The notes under the pieces are model-generated. The model saw only the letters and a list, made by a program, of their open reading frames with translations, was not told the DNA's origin and made no database searches. Source: Euprymna scolopes (Eukaryota). Taken from it: DNA of 64,000 nt. The stretch is from the NCBI GenBank assembly GCA_053919585.1, contig CM132799.1; one strand, 5' to 3'. The translations under genes and the position numbers were made by a program. Positions 39,550 to 52,200 of the stretch are shown here, one piece after another. Numbering within the stretch: the first letter of the stretch is position 1; each line of letters starts with the position of its first letter.

Positions 39550-40239
39550 TAAAAGAAAATATAAGAAATGGACAACAGAAACAAAGAATGGTGTCTAAAC
39601 GTTAGATGCGAAGTGATTAAATTTATTAATCCTACCTTTCCTATATCCATGCAGATTTGGTTGAGTGCTTCAGACCAAGAGGGATAAACAATATTAGTTT
39701 TATAGTCTACATATAAATCCAATTCGTATAAGTATCATAACTTTATGCTTACAGAATTACTTGAACAGATTGACTACCCTGTCTGGTCTTCGTTATTATA
39801 TAAGCGTCTGAGCTTAGCCATGTCGCCTCCGAAATGGACAATGGTTTCATATTTCTTGGTAGCAATAAACTTTTTAAAAGTGAGGAACAAAGATAGTCCG
39901 CCAGATGCAATTGTTTATCAGGTATGGTTGGCGAAGGACGACCTGAAGATCAGCTAGAATCCAGAATATAAAAACAGATTTGTTAATTACATAGTTATTT
40001 TAACCATTGCAATTTCAATATTTTCATTAATCAATTTGTTTTCATGGATATCGCTCCAGACAAGGCATGAAGCCACTTAATGTAAAGAGCTAACAGAAAC
40101 GAAAGATAATTATTACAAAAACACGGAATACTTTTTGACATTAGTCTTGAAAAAAAAAAACTAGACTATAGGTAATTGTTTTCGATGTGCAAATGGGACC
40201 AACAGCTATTTGGATGGCATAGCTATTAAGGTTGTCCGG

Positions 40240-40883
40240 AAAGTCTGTTACTTTGGTGATCTCATTGCAGCACAGGACTGAGCAGGTGCTAGTCTGATTG
40301 CAATAATTAGGAATAGATGGAGTAAGTTCAGGGAACTTTTGCCATTATTAATCAACAGTGTCACCAAGGAAAAGTCTATCAGACATGTGTACATAGTGTG
40401 ATGTATGAAAGTGAAACTTGACCAATGGCGGTTTGAAGGTGTGCATTGCATGGAGGAAAATATAAGGATTATACAATGGATGTCTAACAAAGACAGGTTT
40501 AGATCTGATGACGGACGGGGAATANNNNNNNNNNNNNNNNNNNNNNNNNNNNNNNNNNNNNNNNNNNNNNNNNNNNNNNNNNNNNNNNNNNNNNNNNNNN
40601 NNNNNNNNNNNNNNNNNNNNNNNNNNNNNNNNNNNNNNNNNNNNNNNNNNNNNNNNNNNNNNNTAGTCATCTTTAATGAATGGATTATATAGCTCATAGG
40701 TTAGTAGCTGTAGAACAGTAGAGATTGCAAGTTCATAAAGGACGATTAATGAAAACGTGGAAGGAAGTGATAAGAATGGGCTCCAGAGGAACAGAGATGA
40801 ATACAGAAGTTAGAAGACAATTTATTTCAGAAATCATTTTTTAAGCCGTCAAACGTATGCCAGCATGTAAAATAGACGTTAAA

Positions 40884-40915
<32 letters not shown>
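40240..40915 (+). mobile_element. RTE-clade LINE 3' remnant with (ATG)n tail, spanning an assembly gap
   Basis: Translates as CYFGDLIAAQD*AGASLIAIIRNRWSKFRELLPLL...YESET. The 3' end is GCCAGCATGTAAAATAGACGTTAAA(ATG)n, an RTE-style short-repeat tail. Confidence 0.7.
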
Positions 40916-40918
<3 letters not shown>

Positions 40919-43900
40919 TTTTTACAAGGTGGTCACCACTTATCAAGGCCCAGAAGCCACTCGGGGATAAGGGTTATTGCGTGTACAGTACGTTAGTGTT
41001 GAGATTTGATAAAGTGTCTTACTTAAGGGGATAGTTCATCAGGAATTTGTTTATGTTGGACTTGAAGACATCCAGGTTGTAGTCAGGTGGGAAAAAAGCA
41101 AACAGAACAGAGTTTCAAAGGCGCGCACTTCTAAGACAGAAGCTTTGTTCATGGAATCTACATTTTGGTTTTGGCACAGATAAAGAGTGGAGAAAATTTT
41201 TGACAGTGGTTTCAGCTAGACGGGTGTTTTTCATGAAAGATTGGCGAGGGGGGACCAGGGATTGGAGCTCAGATTAGCACTTGCCATGGAAGTAACGATA
41301 AAAGGAAGACAGACTCGCAATGTCTCTCCTGTGTGAGAGAGGTTGCAGGGAAGAGAAAAGGGCATCCCCCACTAAGCCACAAAGCCTATTTTGTACTCTG
41401 TCAAGGCAGGATAGGCTGTTTTTAGCAGCTCCTACCCAGATGTGGCAGCAGTACTCCATCATTGGACGTACTTGGCTTTTATATAGATAAAGAATTACAT
41501 CAGCAGTGAGATATCTTCTGTAGCGGTAGAAGGATCCTACCATTTTTCCAGCGACCTTGGCAACAGACTTGATATATGTGTTCCATTTCAGGTCAGAAGT
41601 TAAGGTCAAGCCAAGAAGCTTATCAAAACATGGTGGTTCCCCTAGCGAGAGTCATCCATTTCAATTGATGGCAGATGTGGATCAGAGTGTGGATGATGTA
41701 AAGATAGGAGCTTAGTTTTAGATTAATTAAAAGTAACCAGCCATCTCTTCCCCCACTGTTACCATAGATGCTCGTGTCATCAGCATAGATGTTAATGAAT
41801 AATTTAAGTATGTGTTTTGGGAAATCATTCATGTAGATCAGGAAGAGAGTTGGGCCCAGGATGGACCCCTGAGGAACTCCAGCATTAATACTGAGGGCCT
41901 CTGATTTCTGCCCATCAACCACTACTCTTATGAGCCTATCAGAGAGAAATGATTTAATTATTGAGAAAACATTTCCAGTTATACCATAGCTGGAAATCTC
42001 TTAAAGTAGGCCCTTATGCCATACCTTATCGAAGGCTTTTGATATGTCAAGAGCAATTTCTCTAGAGAGAAAGCCTTTGTCAAGAGATATTACCATTAGC
42101 ACATCTGCTGTAGACATGGCAGGACGGAAACCATATTGCATGTCACTAAGAAGGTTATTTCTGCTGAGGTGGTTGACTACTTCTCTATTTAATATGGATT
42201 CCAGCACCTTACTCATGACACACAGAAGACTTATTCATCTGTACTGAGAGGGGGACGACTTATCACCTGAATTCTTAAATACAGGGCATACTGATGAGAT
42301 TTTCCAAGGTGTTGGGAACCACTTCTCCTTAATAACGCTTAAATAGTTTTCTAAGTATGGGGTCAAGTTCTGGTTGAATGTCGTCAGGGCCAGTTGCTTT
42401 ACTGGATCAAGGTTCTTGATTAGCTTGGCGACCTCATGCACAGATGTTTGTATGTTGCATAATGTGTTGTCTGTTATAGGGGGAAATACGAGGAGTTGAT
42501 GGCCTTCTTCGCATAGGGTAGAATTAGTTGCAAAGTTCTTGGCAAATAGTTTGGTCTTGTCTGATGCTGACGAGATTACTTCAGGTCTATTGATGATGGT
42601 TGGGATAGAATACACGCTTCTGTTCAGGATCCTGCACAGCTACTTTGAATTTAACGGACTGAGCATATAGCTCTCTTGCATTTTTTATTACTCTTTTACA
42701 GTGGTTGCTGGCAATTGTGAAAGCAGCTTTAGTCTCAGTACATCTATTACGTTGGTAGCTATGGAAAAACTGATTTCTGTGCACGATGGCAGCAGCACAT
42801 TCTGGGGAGAACCATGGCAGCTGTTAGGTTTTGTTGGAATTTTTTGGATGGTATGAATCGGTCTATACCTACAATTAACCATTCGGTCGAGTCTGATACT
42901 ATGGAGGACACATCCTTTTTAAAGGTGAAATGAAAGGGTAGATCAGATATAAATGTATGGAAGCTATCTCAGTCAGCTATAGAGTATTGATATACAGTAC
43001 AGTGGAGAGGTCGTTTTTATCTTAACTGATACAACTGAGTGGTCAGAAGATCCCAGAGGAGACAGAACAGAACATGAACATAGCTCAAGGGAAGTTGTGA
43101 GAAAAAGGTCTAGAAGGCTAGCGTACTGACCAGAAGTATCAGGCACATGGGTGGGTTCGTGAACAATCTGAGTGAGGTCATAAGCAATAGCGAAATCATG
43201 ACAGAACCTCCCCTCATCATCTGTCTTGTTAGAGTGGGTCAGCCATTCCACATTGTGGGCATTGAAGTCACCACAAATGTGGATGTTAGCCGTGGAGGCG
43301 ATAGAGGGCAAATATAAATGCAGTGGTGTAAGCAAGTGCAACCCGGAAGCACATACAAGGTAAATTAGGGTCTTCACTGGAGATATCCCTACCACACAGA
43401 AAGCCATCTTTAATGTAGGCACATATTCCATGCCTATGGCGATCTTGGGGGTCAGATTTAGATGTTAAGTTAGAATATCCTTTAATTATAAACTCGTCTA
43501 GAGAAGTGGTCGGCCCTATGCCAGTTTCGCTTAGGAAGAATATGTCCGGTTTCGTGTCATGTAATTGGGTTTCAACCTCTGGAACGTTGGAACATAGACG
43601 CCTGATGTTGGAGAAGGAGACATGGTAGTAGGGGTCTACATTGGAGGATGGGATTCTAGGTTTATTCGTGATTTTTTTCTGGAGATATTTCATGTTGAGG
43701 ATTTGGGATTGTTGGAACAGGTCGACAGACTTGGTTAGAGCAGGACAGAGAGGGAAAGCAAGAGAGAAAAAGACAGGATTTTTTTGTAGCTCATGATAAG
43801 GTAACGCTGTAACAATTACCCACTAGTATGGCATCGAGAGGCCCCACCAGAAACTACTGCATGGTCCAGAATCAATTCACCAGATGGCAATACAGTAGCC

Positions 43901-44231
43901 CCAGTACTTTGCACCTGCTGATAGGACAGCCTCCTTAGTGGTTAATCCAAGGTTCGGGTCCCTGATTATCAGACGGATAACGTCAGCCCAGATGACACGT
44001 TTACGTCCAGCACCCTTACTAGTGACATGGCTACAAGGTTAACATAGAAACAGAAGATTTCCGACATCTCAGGCTACTGTTCACGAAGTACTGCCGTCCT
44101 GAAAAGCAGCTTTTTCTTCACCCTTTGTCAGAAAAATCACTCATTGGAAATGAGGGCTGAGGGACAAATAAGAAGAAGCCAGAGTAACGAGAGCTGCCGA
44201 TAACGCATCCACAATGCGTTGTCTACTCTCC
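40916..44231 (-). mobile_element. Near full-length CR1-clade LINE (subfamily B): ~540-bp 5' leader plus one disrupted APE-RT ORF
   Basis: APE motifs FSNIRRL, FFLSETG, ICGDFNAHN, LLDLFLT, LGSSDH. RT motifs QYGFRP, ALDISKAFDKVWH, GVPQGSILGPTLFLIYMND, YADD. C-terminal LQPLSHRRD. A-tail at ~40916-40923. Many frameshifts. Confidence 0.95.
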
Positions 44232-44421
44232 ATTAAAAAATGGGTTTGAACGACTTCTTAATAATTACTTATTATAAGTCCGTAGCTGTAATTCAAAATT
44301 AAAGATATTTGAAGATAAATTCCCCTCCCATGTTTACCAATGAAGTGAAAATAGAATACATTACTGTAATTTCTGTGTAAGGTATTAAACTTTCGTCTTA
44401 TACAAGAGACACCTCCAACAA

Positions 44422-44847
44422 AAGAATTATAATAAGGACAATTTAGCACCAAAATAATTTTTTTTAATACCGCTGCGGAGTTATCCCGTGTTGACATATT
44501 CATTAAACTTATTTCTTATTCAAAAGACACCCCCAACGCATTTGGAGGCTTTTCGTTCATTGACTCTTGCTTTTCAAGTTTCGGTGTTTATGCAGACTGG
44601 GTGGGAAAGGGTCGCGGTAGGAGAGATTATTTTGTTTATACTTATACAGAAAAAGTAAAGTAGTAATCCTAAAATATTTTTTTCTTTCGGGGTGGGGGTA
44701 TTCTAGATAATTTTGCATTTAACGGCTGACTGAAATAAAATATAATAGATAAAATTAAGTCAAATAAAGAAATTATAAGGACAATTTAGAACCAAAAAGT
44801 TTTTTTAAATACCGCTGCGGAGTTATCGCGTGTTGACATATTCATTA
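44422..44847. repeat. ~340-bp-period repeat truncated by the assembly gap
   Basis: AAGGACAATTTAG...AATACCGCTGCGGAGTTATCSCGTGTTGACATATTCATTA occurs at ~44433-44506 and ~44777-44847. Confidence 0.75.
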
Positions 44848-45025
44848 NNNNNNNNNNNNNNNNNNNNNNNNNNNNNNNNNNNNNNNNNNNNNNNNNNNNN
44901 NNNNNNNNNNNNNNNNNNNNNNNNNNNNNNNNNNNNNNNNNNNNNNNNNNNNNNNNNNNNNNNNNNNNNNNNNNNNNNNNNNNNNNNNNNTTTCTTTTGC
45001 ACATAATGATGATGACGATGATGAC

Positions 45026-45203
45026 TAGGGCTGTGACAACAGAAGATTCTTTTCATTCTTTTGACTCTCGAGTATATATCCAACACAGTGAGACACACTT
45101 AATCAACTGTGAACTACATCCGTCTATATAAAAACATATAAGATATTAAAGGATATATACTTAAGAGTAAAAACAATGAAAAAAAAATGTTGTCACAGCC
45201 CTA
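45026..45203. mobile_element. 178-bp hAT-type MITE
   Basis: Perfect 16-bp TIRs TAGGGCTGTGACAACA/TGTTGTCACAGCCCTA and an 8-bp TSD ATGATGAC (45018-45025, 45204-45211). Confidence 0.93.
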
Positions 45204-45648
45204 ATGATGACTTAGCATAGAACAGGTTTTCTTTTTATAAAGGACTAGCGGGGGGTACCCGGCGTTGCCCGGGTGTTTAGAGGTGTGTGTGTGTGTGTGT
45301 GTGTGTGTTCGGGTGGAGTGTTAATCAAAACATAAGAATAAGCGAAGTAAATATTTTAAAACTTTAAAAAATCGAAAAAAAAACACAAAAAAATAACGTA
45401 AGGCAAACGAACGATGTTAAATGTAAAAATCGGAAAAACAAAAAAAGAAAATGCGAAAAAGAACGTTAAGACTACTTTTAAAAATCTGAAAAATAAAAAC
45501 CAAAGAAAAAACACGTGAAAAATGGCTTAAATAACCCCGGGGGTACCCGGCGTTGCCCGGGTGTTTCGAGGTGTGTGTGCTCGGACGTTAATCAAAGCAT
45601 AAGAATACGCGAAGTAAATATATCGAAAAAAAAAAACTAACGTAATGT

Positions 45649-46995
45649 TAGGCACCGCCAAAAATAGCTGCAAAATCAAGTTGTTGTTGTTTTTTAAAAC
45701 GAAATTACATTTATTAAAATCCATTATTTCTGAGTAACTTTTTTTTCCAGAAAGATAAAACCCTGAATTTTATCATATAGAAAACAGAATAATGTAAAAC
45801 TTTTTCTACTATTTTTAATTAAATTTTAAATGTTAAATTTTCCCAAAAAGTTAACAATTGACATTTTTTGTCTTGCACAAAAAACGTACATAAATATTTA
45901 AAAAAAAAAAAAAAGGTTTTTGAAATAATTAATTTATTTATTTATTGTCTAACTAAGATTTAGGATGATTTTCTAAGAGAATATGCAAAAATATTATAAT
46001 ATAAGTACCTGGATTTCAAATAATTTCACTTATTCATATATGTAACCGGTTATTTCGCGTCGATCTAGAGTCTAGATCGACACTGTTTACGTTTGCGTTT
46101 GATAAGAAGCAAACTATGGAAGACCAAACAGGCCAAAAAAACTTATTTTTCAGTGACGAAAATTTCAATGTATTATTAAGCTGAGGCTGGCCAGTACCAG
46201 ATGGGTGACCATTTGTATGAGTTTGGTTTTTAATGTGTATGTGTGTGGGGGCCAGGCTCCCCAAAATGGGGGGGCAATTTAAAGCAGAATAAAAAAAAAT
46301 TATTTCAGCGCGTTTGGTCCACTGTAGTCGAACGGCGGCAAACCTTTTCAAACGGGATCGAAAAAAATGATGCTATTTTTAACACAAAGGGCACAATATT
46401 TATCGAATTTTTTTTTTTTTTTGGTATCGATTCTTCAAAGCATGCCCTGTTTAATAATGGTCATGCATTATTCGGCTCGCTAAAAAAAAATTGTTAATTT
46501 ATTTATCAAAGATTTTAAAATGGCTTTTTTCGTATAAATATTAACTTTTTTTTTTTTGTTTTGCTTAACTTAAATTAATTATTTTACTTAACATATTCAC
46601 CGAATTCACACTTCAAAACTCAAAAGCGGGATAATTAAACACAATCGAAGTTCTGATATTCGGACGTCAAAATAAGGTATGCAAACAATTTTTTTTTAAT
46701 CTATAATTCTGTCCCTTACAACAACACAATATGTTGTGTTCAGTTTCAGATGATTATTTTAAGAATATTTGTTTCCACTTCAAAACAAGGGGGGTTGTAA
46801 GCAAAAATATATATATATATATATAAATATCGTTTATGAAAAATAAGTACACCGTTATAAAGTTCATTCTTCTCTTAATAATCGCTAAAAATTTCGTATT
46901 GATCGGATAATTACCTGGTTTTTGGTAGATTTTTAAAAAGACGGTCCGTCAAAAAGTACTGACCTGCCCCCCCCCCCCAGTTTTGGCGGTGCCTA
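45649..46995. mobile_element. Non-autonomous TIR DNA transposon (1.35 kb) nested in the Helitron
   Basis: 15-bp perfect TIR TAGGCACCGCCAAAA/TTTTGGCGGTGCCTA, flanked by the direct repeat GTAATGT (45642-45648, 46996-47002). Confidence 0.9.
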
Positions 46996-47170
46996 GTAAT
47001 GTAAACGAGCGACGGGACAAACAAAAAAAGAAAACGCCAAACAGAAAAACGAATGTTAAAACTTCGTTAAAAAATCTGAAAAATAAAAATTAAAAAAAAA
47101 AAACACTGGCTTAAATAACCCTATTTCAATATTAAACCTTTAAAATAAAAATCGAAAAAAGAAGACATCC

Positions 47171-47240
47171 CACACCACGATTCGAACCCAAAACCTTTAA
47201 ACAATGAGGCCGCGCTCTAAGCAACTGAGCTAAGATGACG
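47171..47240 (-). pseudogene. tRNA-like sequence inside the Helitron
   Basis: Minus strand: TAGCTCAGTTGCTTAGAGC (A box/D arm) ... GGGTTCGAATC (B box). Anticodon and acceptor stems pair poorly. Confidence 0.65.
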
Positions 47241-48739
47241 TCGACGAAAGTAGGTCGTTTTTTTTTTAATCTTTAAACTAAATCAGGTTCCGATGTCATT
47301 TGCGCGTGTGTAGAACTGAACTCGTCATGAGAGGACGGTTTTTGCTTACCCCCTTTCCCCTGTAGAAAACTGCGGATTTTAGGGTGAAGGAATTAACGTT
47401 TTCGACCAATTTTTCCACATTTGTCGGGCGACGGGTGGAAGTTTAAAATCATACTGATCTGGCGAAAATCCGTGATCCGTGTCGAAAGTTTTTGTGAGAA
47501 ATACAAACACACTTACATACAAACACACATACATACATACAAACACACATTTTCGCTTTTATATATATAGACGATGACGATGGTGATGATAGTAATGGTG
47601 ACTTACAGTTCAAAATATGTTGTTTATTTACATCATGATGATGATAATGATAAGAAATTACCATTGAATAGATTTTATTTTTACCCATGATGATGATGAT
47701 GATGATGATGATGATAATGACTTGTCATTGAATAGATTTTTTTAGACCCGATAATGATGCTTCTTTCGGAATCTTCCTTTTAACTGTGTTCTCAATTTCA
47801 CCTGTAAAAATTTTTAGCATGTTATTCGTTTCTGTTTGTTTTTTGTGTATATAACCTATTTTAATATTTGTTCTTATTTTATTTTGCTAACTGGTATTTT
47901 TTGGTTTCTATTTTTGTGTTGTACTCAATTAATATTGACAACAGGAAATATAAATTACTTCTAGCATCGAATGTTGGTCAAACGTAACTAAAGATGTTTA
48001 GGAACTCATCCTTATTATGATTTGCACAGACTATCTAGAAATTGCTGGGTAAATTGCTGGGTAACTACCATTGAGGATGAAAATTACAGGATCCATGTAA
48101 CGTGCTGGAACGGGTTATTGGATTTGCACAATCAATAATTTGGATGTGCATTCCATCATCATCATCATTAGTATCTATCACTCTCGTTTCTGNNNNNNNN
48201 NNNNNNNNNNNNNNNNNNNNNNNNNNNNNNNNNNNNNNNNNNNNNNNNNNNNNNNNNNNNNNNNNNNNNNNNNNNNNNNNNNNNNNNNNNNNNNNNNNNN
48301 NNNNNNNNNNNNNNNNNNNNNTTTAAAGTTGTTTCCATTTTACCGTATATTTTTCTAAGAATGTTAAAATGTTTAATTCTTAACAGCAACTGTTTCGTAG
48401 CGCAGAATCATGCATGTTATTATTTTGACGGCAAATTTAACTACGATAAGAATTTTATTGCAACTCACATCGCAGTATAACCTTAATATTCATCAACTTG
48501 ATGTAAGAAATGTCCTGATAGATTGTGAAATTTTATATACCCCTCCACAGGGAGTCAAAAATATATAAAAAGCTTAATAAAACACTGTATATATTTAAAA
48601 AAAAAATAAAACACTGTGTATATATTAAAACAAAGCGGAAGAAACTGGAATTAAATACTTCATACTTATTTAATCAAACAGCAATTCAAACAATATCCAG
48701 TGGGTCCTTGTTTGTACACTCAAACTGTAAGCAATGAAT

Positions 48740-49593
48740 TACTGATTTTACTCTTATGGTTCGATGACATTTTGATTGCATCAAATTTTGATGAAATGTT
48801 AACAGATATTAAGATTGGATTAAATAAAAAATTTTAAATGGCTGATCTCAGTCGGATATCAAGTTTTTTGGGCATACAATATACTTATGAAACATGAATA
48901 AGTGAGATGAATCAATCGAGGTACATTAAAAAATCCAATTAGTTTGAAATGTGTACTTTCAAGCAACACGCTATTCCGATTGAAAATGATATAAATAAAT
49001 ATATGTACCCGGAATCTGAAATAACTGACGATAAACTATCTCGAGAGATCATAGGGAGCCATATATTAAATAGGGGCCACAAGGCCCGATGTATGTTATA
49101 CAGTACCACAACAATCAGAAAAATGTTTAGGACCGTCAAGTAGGAATTCAATTAGAGCTAAACAAGTCCTTCGTTATCTAAAAAGGACAAAGGAACAATA
49201 TTTAGCATTTAGGAAAATCACAAATCCCCCCAAAATTAAAGAGGTTTTCAGATTCAGATTGGGGAGATGACGGAGATCAAATAAGTATAACTAAATACAA
49301 CCAGCCATATTTATAAAAGTAATCATAAACACCGTTTTAAAATCAGAATTAACAAAATAACCCGGAGTAGTTAATTGCGATGACCAAGCAAGCATACTTT
49401 GGCACCAAACCCAGAAATTCATCGAATATCTAAACATATAGATATTAAATATCACTTCATAAGGAATGAAATAAACAATGAATCTTTTATTGTAAGCTAC
49501 ATAGAACCAGAGCGAATTATAGCCGCTATATTTACAAAACTAGCGACAAAAATAAAAATAAAACGTTTTGTTCCTAAACTTATTGTAGTTTGA
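48740..49593 (+). mobile_element. Ty1/copia RT-RNase H remnant
   Basis: Fragments in order: WFDDILIAS, MADLSRISSFLGIQ, NQSRYI, REIIGS, AKQVLRYLKRT, GFSDSDWG, CDDQASI, HRISKHIDIKYHFIR. No LTRs seen. Confidence 0.9.
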
Positions 49594-50062
49594 ATTTAAA
49601 TAATTTCTTTTTCAGAAATTGGGGAAAAAAGTGAATAATATCGTCCTAAAACGGCATCCATTTTTTTTTTATCAACATGTTTTTATTAACTAACTAAATA
49701 TGGAAACAATGGTAAAATGTTTACTTAAGAGTAATTACTTTTCTAGAAAGTACTTTTTTTTCTTTTTTTGCAAATACATATTATATGTCTATAAATATTT
49801 TTTATTGAACAAAATTAAAATTACAATGGCTGCCTTTTTTACATGCTCACCTTTCTAAGGTAAAAATAAGATAAAATTAATTTCCTTCCACTTTTAGTTT
49901 TTATGGCCACACACTTTCTTTGACATTTGAACAAAATTAAAACTAAATGATTTCCCTGTTATTTTTACTTTATTTTACACATTTATTTATATTTTTTTTA
50001 TTATTGTTATTGTTTTCGATAAGAAAGAACCGACATATAAAATCAATACATTTTTATTACGT

Positions 50063-50942
50063 TTTCACCCTAAACAACGCACATTGTCACTTTGGTGTAG
50101 GGGGCTACTATCAGTGACATGAGCTACTGGGATACTATGATGTCGGTTCACGTTACACATGAACTTCTGCATGGCAGTAAAGTTGGGGAAGCAAGGACCC
50201 GGAAAGGAATTCCAAAGTCTAGGGATTCTGTGGAAGAAACTACTGGAGTAGAAAGCTCTCTTACATCTAGGGATCTCTACTGTGTATGGGTGGGATTTAG
50301 CTGCTTGTCGGGTTTGTCGAGGATATTTACGTCGTGGGGGCACAAGTGCTTGCAGTTCATCAGAATATTCACCATTAAACTACTTGTACAACAGGCAGAA
50401 GGATGCAACATTTAGTCGGTGGGACAGAGGCTGAAGCTTAGATGACAGTTCAGGACCTATCAGGTTGGAGACTCTCTTTTGGACCTTGTCTAGGAGTGAG
50501 AGACTAGGAGCAGATGCACCAGCCCAAATATGACAACAATACTCCATACATGGGCGAATGATGGCCCTAGGGAGGTACAGAATACTTTCGGGCGTTAGTA
50601 GCTTTCTAGCATGGTAGAGGGAGCCTGCCTTCCTCGCAGCAGTCCTGGCAATGCTCTCAATGTAATTGTCCAACTCATGTTTCCTGTGAACGTTAGGCCG
50701 AGGAGTTTAAAAGAAGTACTTTCAGTTAATGAATCTTTGGGCATTGCTGATGGTGGTAGAGAAGGTTTCTTGAAATTATCGAAGGAAACAAGTTTAGTCT
50801 TGACAGCATTGAATGTGACCATCCATTTTTCCCCCATTCCACTACAGATTGGAGGTCATCCTCTAGTGTTTCTGTCATTTCCCTAGATATGTATTCATTT
50901 ATTTTCCTGTCGTGCCTGTTATAGAGTGTGGTGGCATCAGCA
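50063..50942 (-). mobile_element. CR1-clade LINE 3' fragment (subfamily A)
   Basis: ORFs 50065-50343, 50380-50673 and 50595-50837 match 37144-37548 and positions 1-360 of the window. Confidence 0.93.
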
Positions 50943-51105
50943 GGTTCTTTGATATGACGAATGCATTCAAAATGAATGTTTCTGTTTAAAACTTAATTGC
51001 AGCATGATACTTGACTTTTTAATTTTAAACTTAAATTTAATTATTATCACCGCACAAGCAGTAAGGACAGGCACATAAAATCAACAGCAGGTTCTTTGAT
51101 ATGAC
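50935..51105. repeat. ~147-bp repeat module also present at ~54320-54490
   Basis: CTTTGATATGAC...AAATGAATGTTTC...CATGATAC.TGACTTT...ATAAAATCAACAG.AGGTTCT occurs at both sites. Confidence 0.65.
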
Positions 51106-51299
51106 AAGAGCTGGAATTTTTTATGAACTCCAGACTTGAAATTTAATGAATTATGCTAATTTCTGTAATTTTATGAATCCAGCAGAATTGAGTGCCTGGA
51201 CGGCGTTTACGAATGTAGTAAAATTCTTCTATGGAAAAATAAAGGCACATAACTACAAAGAGTTCCAGCTTTTAATTTTTCTATGGTTAGGACTAGCAA

Positions 51300-52200
51300 T
51301 TTCATGCAAACATATTTGAAAAACTCGGTATCTTTCTCAAAAGCCTTTAGAAACTGTTTCCTGATGCCAAGCTTTATATGGAGGGGAGGAAATAAAATTC
51401 ATTGTGTATAGGTCAATCATTTTTATCCAGTGCTATGTTCTTGCTCTGCTACCCCACATACACAAGAAGCAAGGAAATATTGTGTAGCCCAATTGTAGCC
51501 CTAGGAGAGACCCAATCAGTTTTAAATCAATACATATGATCCATTATTGCCCTCTTTGTGAAATATTTTCATTTTTTTCCCCCGGTTGTTGAATGGCTTA
51601 GAAGACTAATCCATATAAGTTGCCGTTGGGAAGATGTACACATTTTTACTTCTTTTTAAACTGTGTATAAAAAGGAGCCAATCTTGAGAATAATACTGTT
51701 CGACACCAAGCTGCCACATGAAACGGGCTACGTCGTTGCAATATACTATGTCGTTTTCCTGAGTGAAATATGGCAAATATTCAATATGGCGTTTTCTGTG
51801 GTTAGCAGATTTTATCTTGAGTCTTGAAGCTAAAAGTTCAGCAGATTCTTTGGAAAGGTTTCCCCTTGAGAAAAAAAAAGTTGTGATAATGAAAAACAAG
51901 GAAAACCGACATGTGAATCAGTGGCTTCACTACTGTCAATGAGTAAAATACAGGATTGGTCTTCTTCCGCACCAGGCAATTCCAATTAGGGCAAGCCATT
52001 AAACACTGGAACAGGAATTTCATTGCAGTGTAGAATTGGCCCAATTGCAGACTTGGAGTTTGGATAAACCAACGGATTCCTGTTCTTCCTATTGATTCAC
52101 TTTGTTTTCATTGCAATAAAATAGCAGACATTGAAATAGTTTTGCGGTTCATACCAGACCATTGGAATACCAAATCAGAGGGGCGATTCTAGGCATTTTG
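51300..52200 (-). mobile_element. Decayed DNA transposase, probably Chapaev3-like (CMC)
   Basis: Fragments FGIPMVWYEPQNYFNVCYF, LSKESAELLASRLK, FTQENDIVYCNDV, PPLHIKLGIRKQFLKA. The family assignment is from recalled motifs. Confidence 0.6.

Larger units (their letters stand above)
45245..47571 (-). mobile_element. Non-autonomous Helitron with duplicated 3' segment and nested insertion
   Basis: Minus strand starts TCTATATATATAAAAG (47571) and ends with hairpin ACCCGGGCAACGCCGGGT (45257-45274) plus CTAG|T (45245-45248). A second copy of the hairpin lies at ~45545-45562. Confidence 0.85.

Noticed and set aside
38517-39722. Poly-K/E/F/T ORFs
   Set aside because: Translations of trinucleotide microsatellites and A-rich low-complexity DNA.
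39755-39921. Possible host exon (TTACAG...CAG|GTATGG, open frame ELLEQIDYPVW...)
   Set aside because: Splice-like signals are present, but there is no recognisable protein similarity and no partner exons; it cannot be supported without RNA data.
47171-47240. Functional tRNA genes here, at 34056-34128 and at 36940-37015
   Set aside because: A/B boxes are present but the cloverleaf stems are broken and all lie in repeat contexts.
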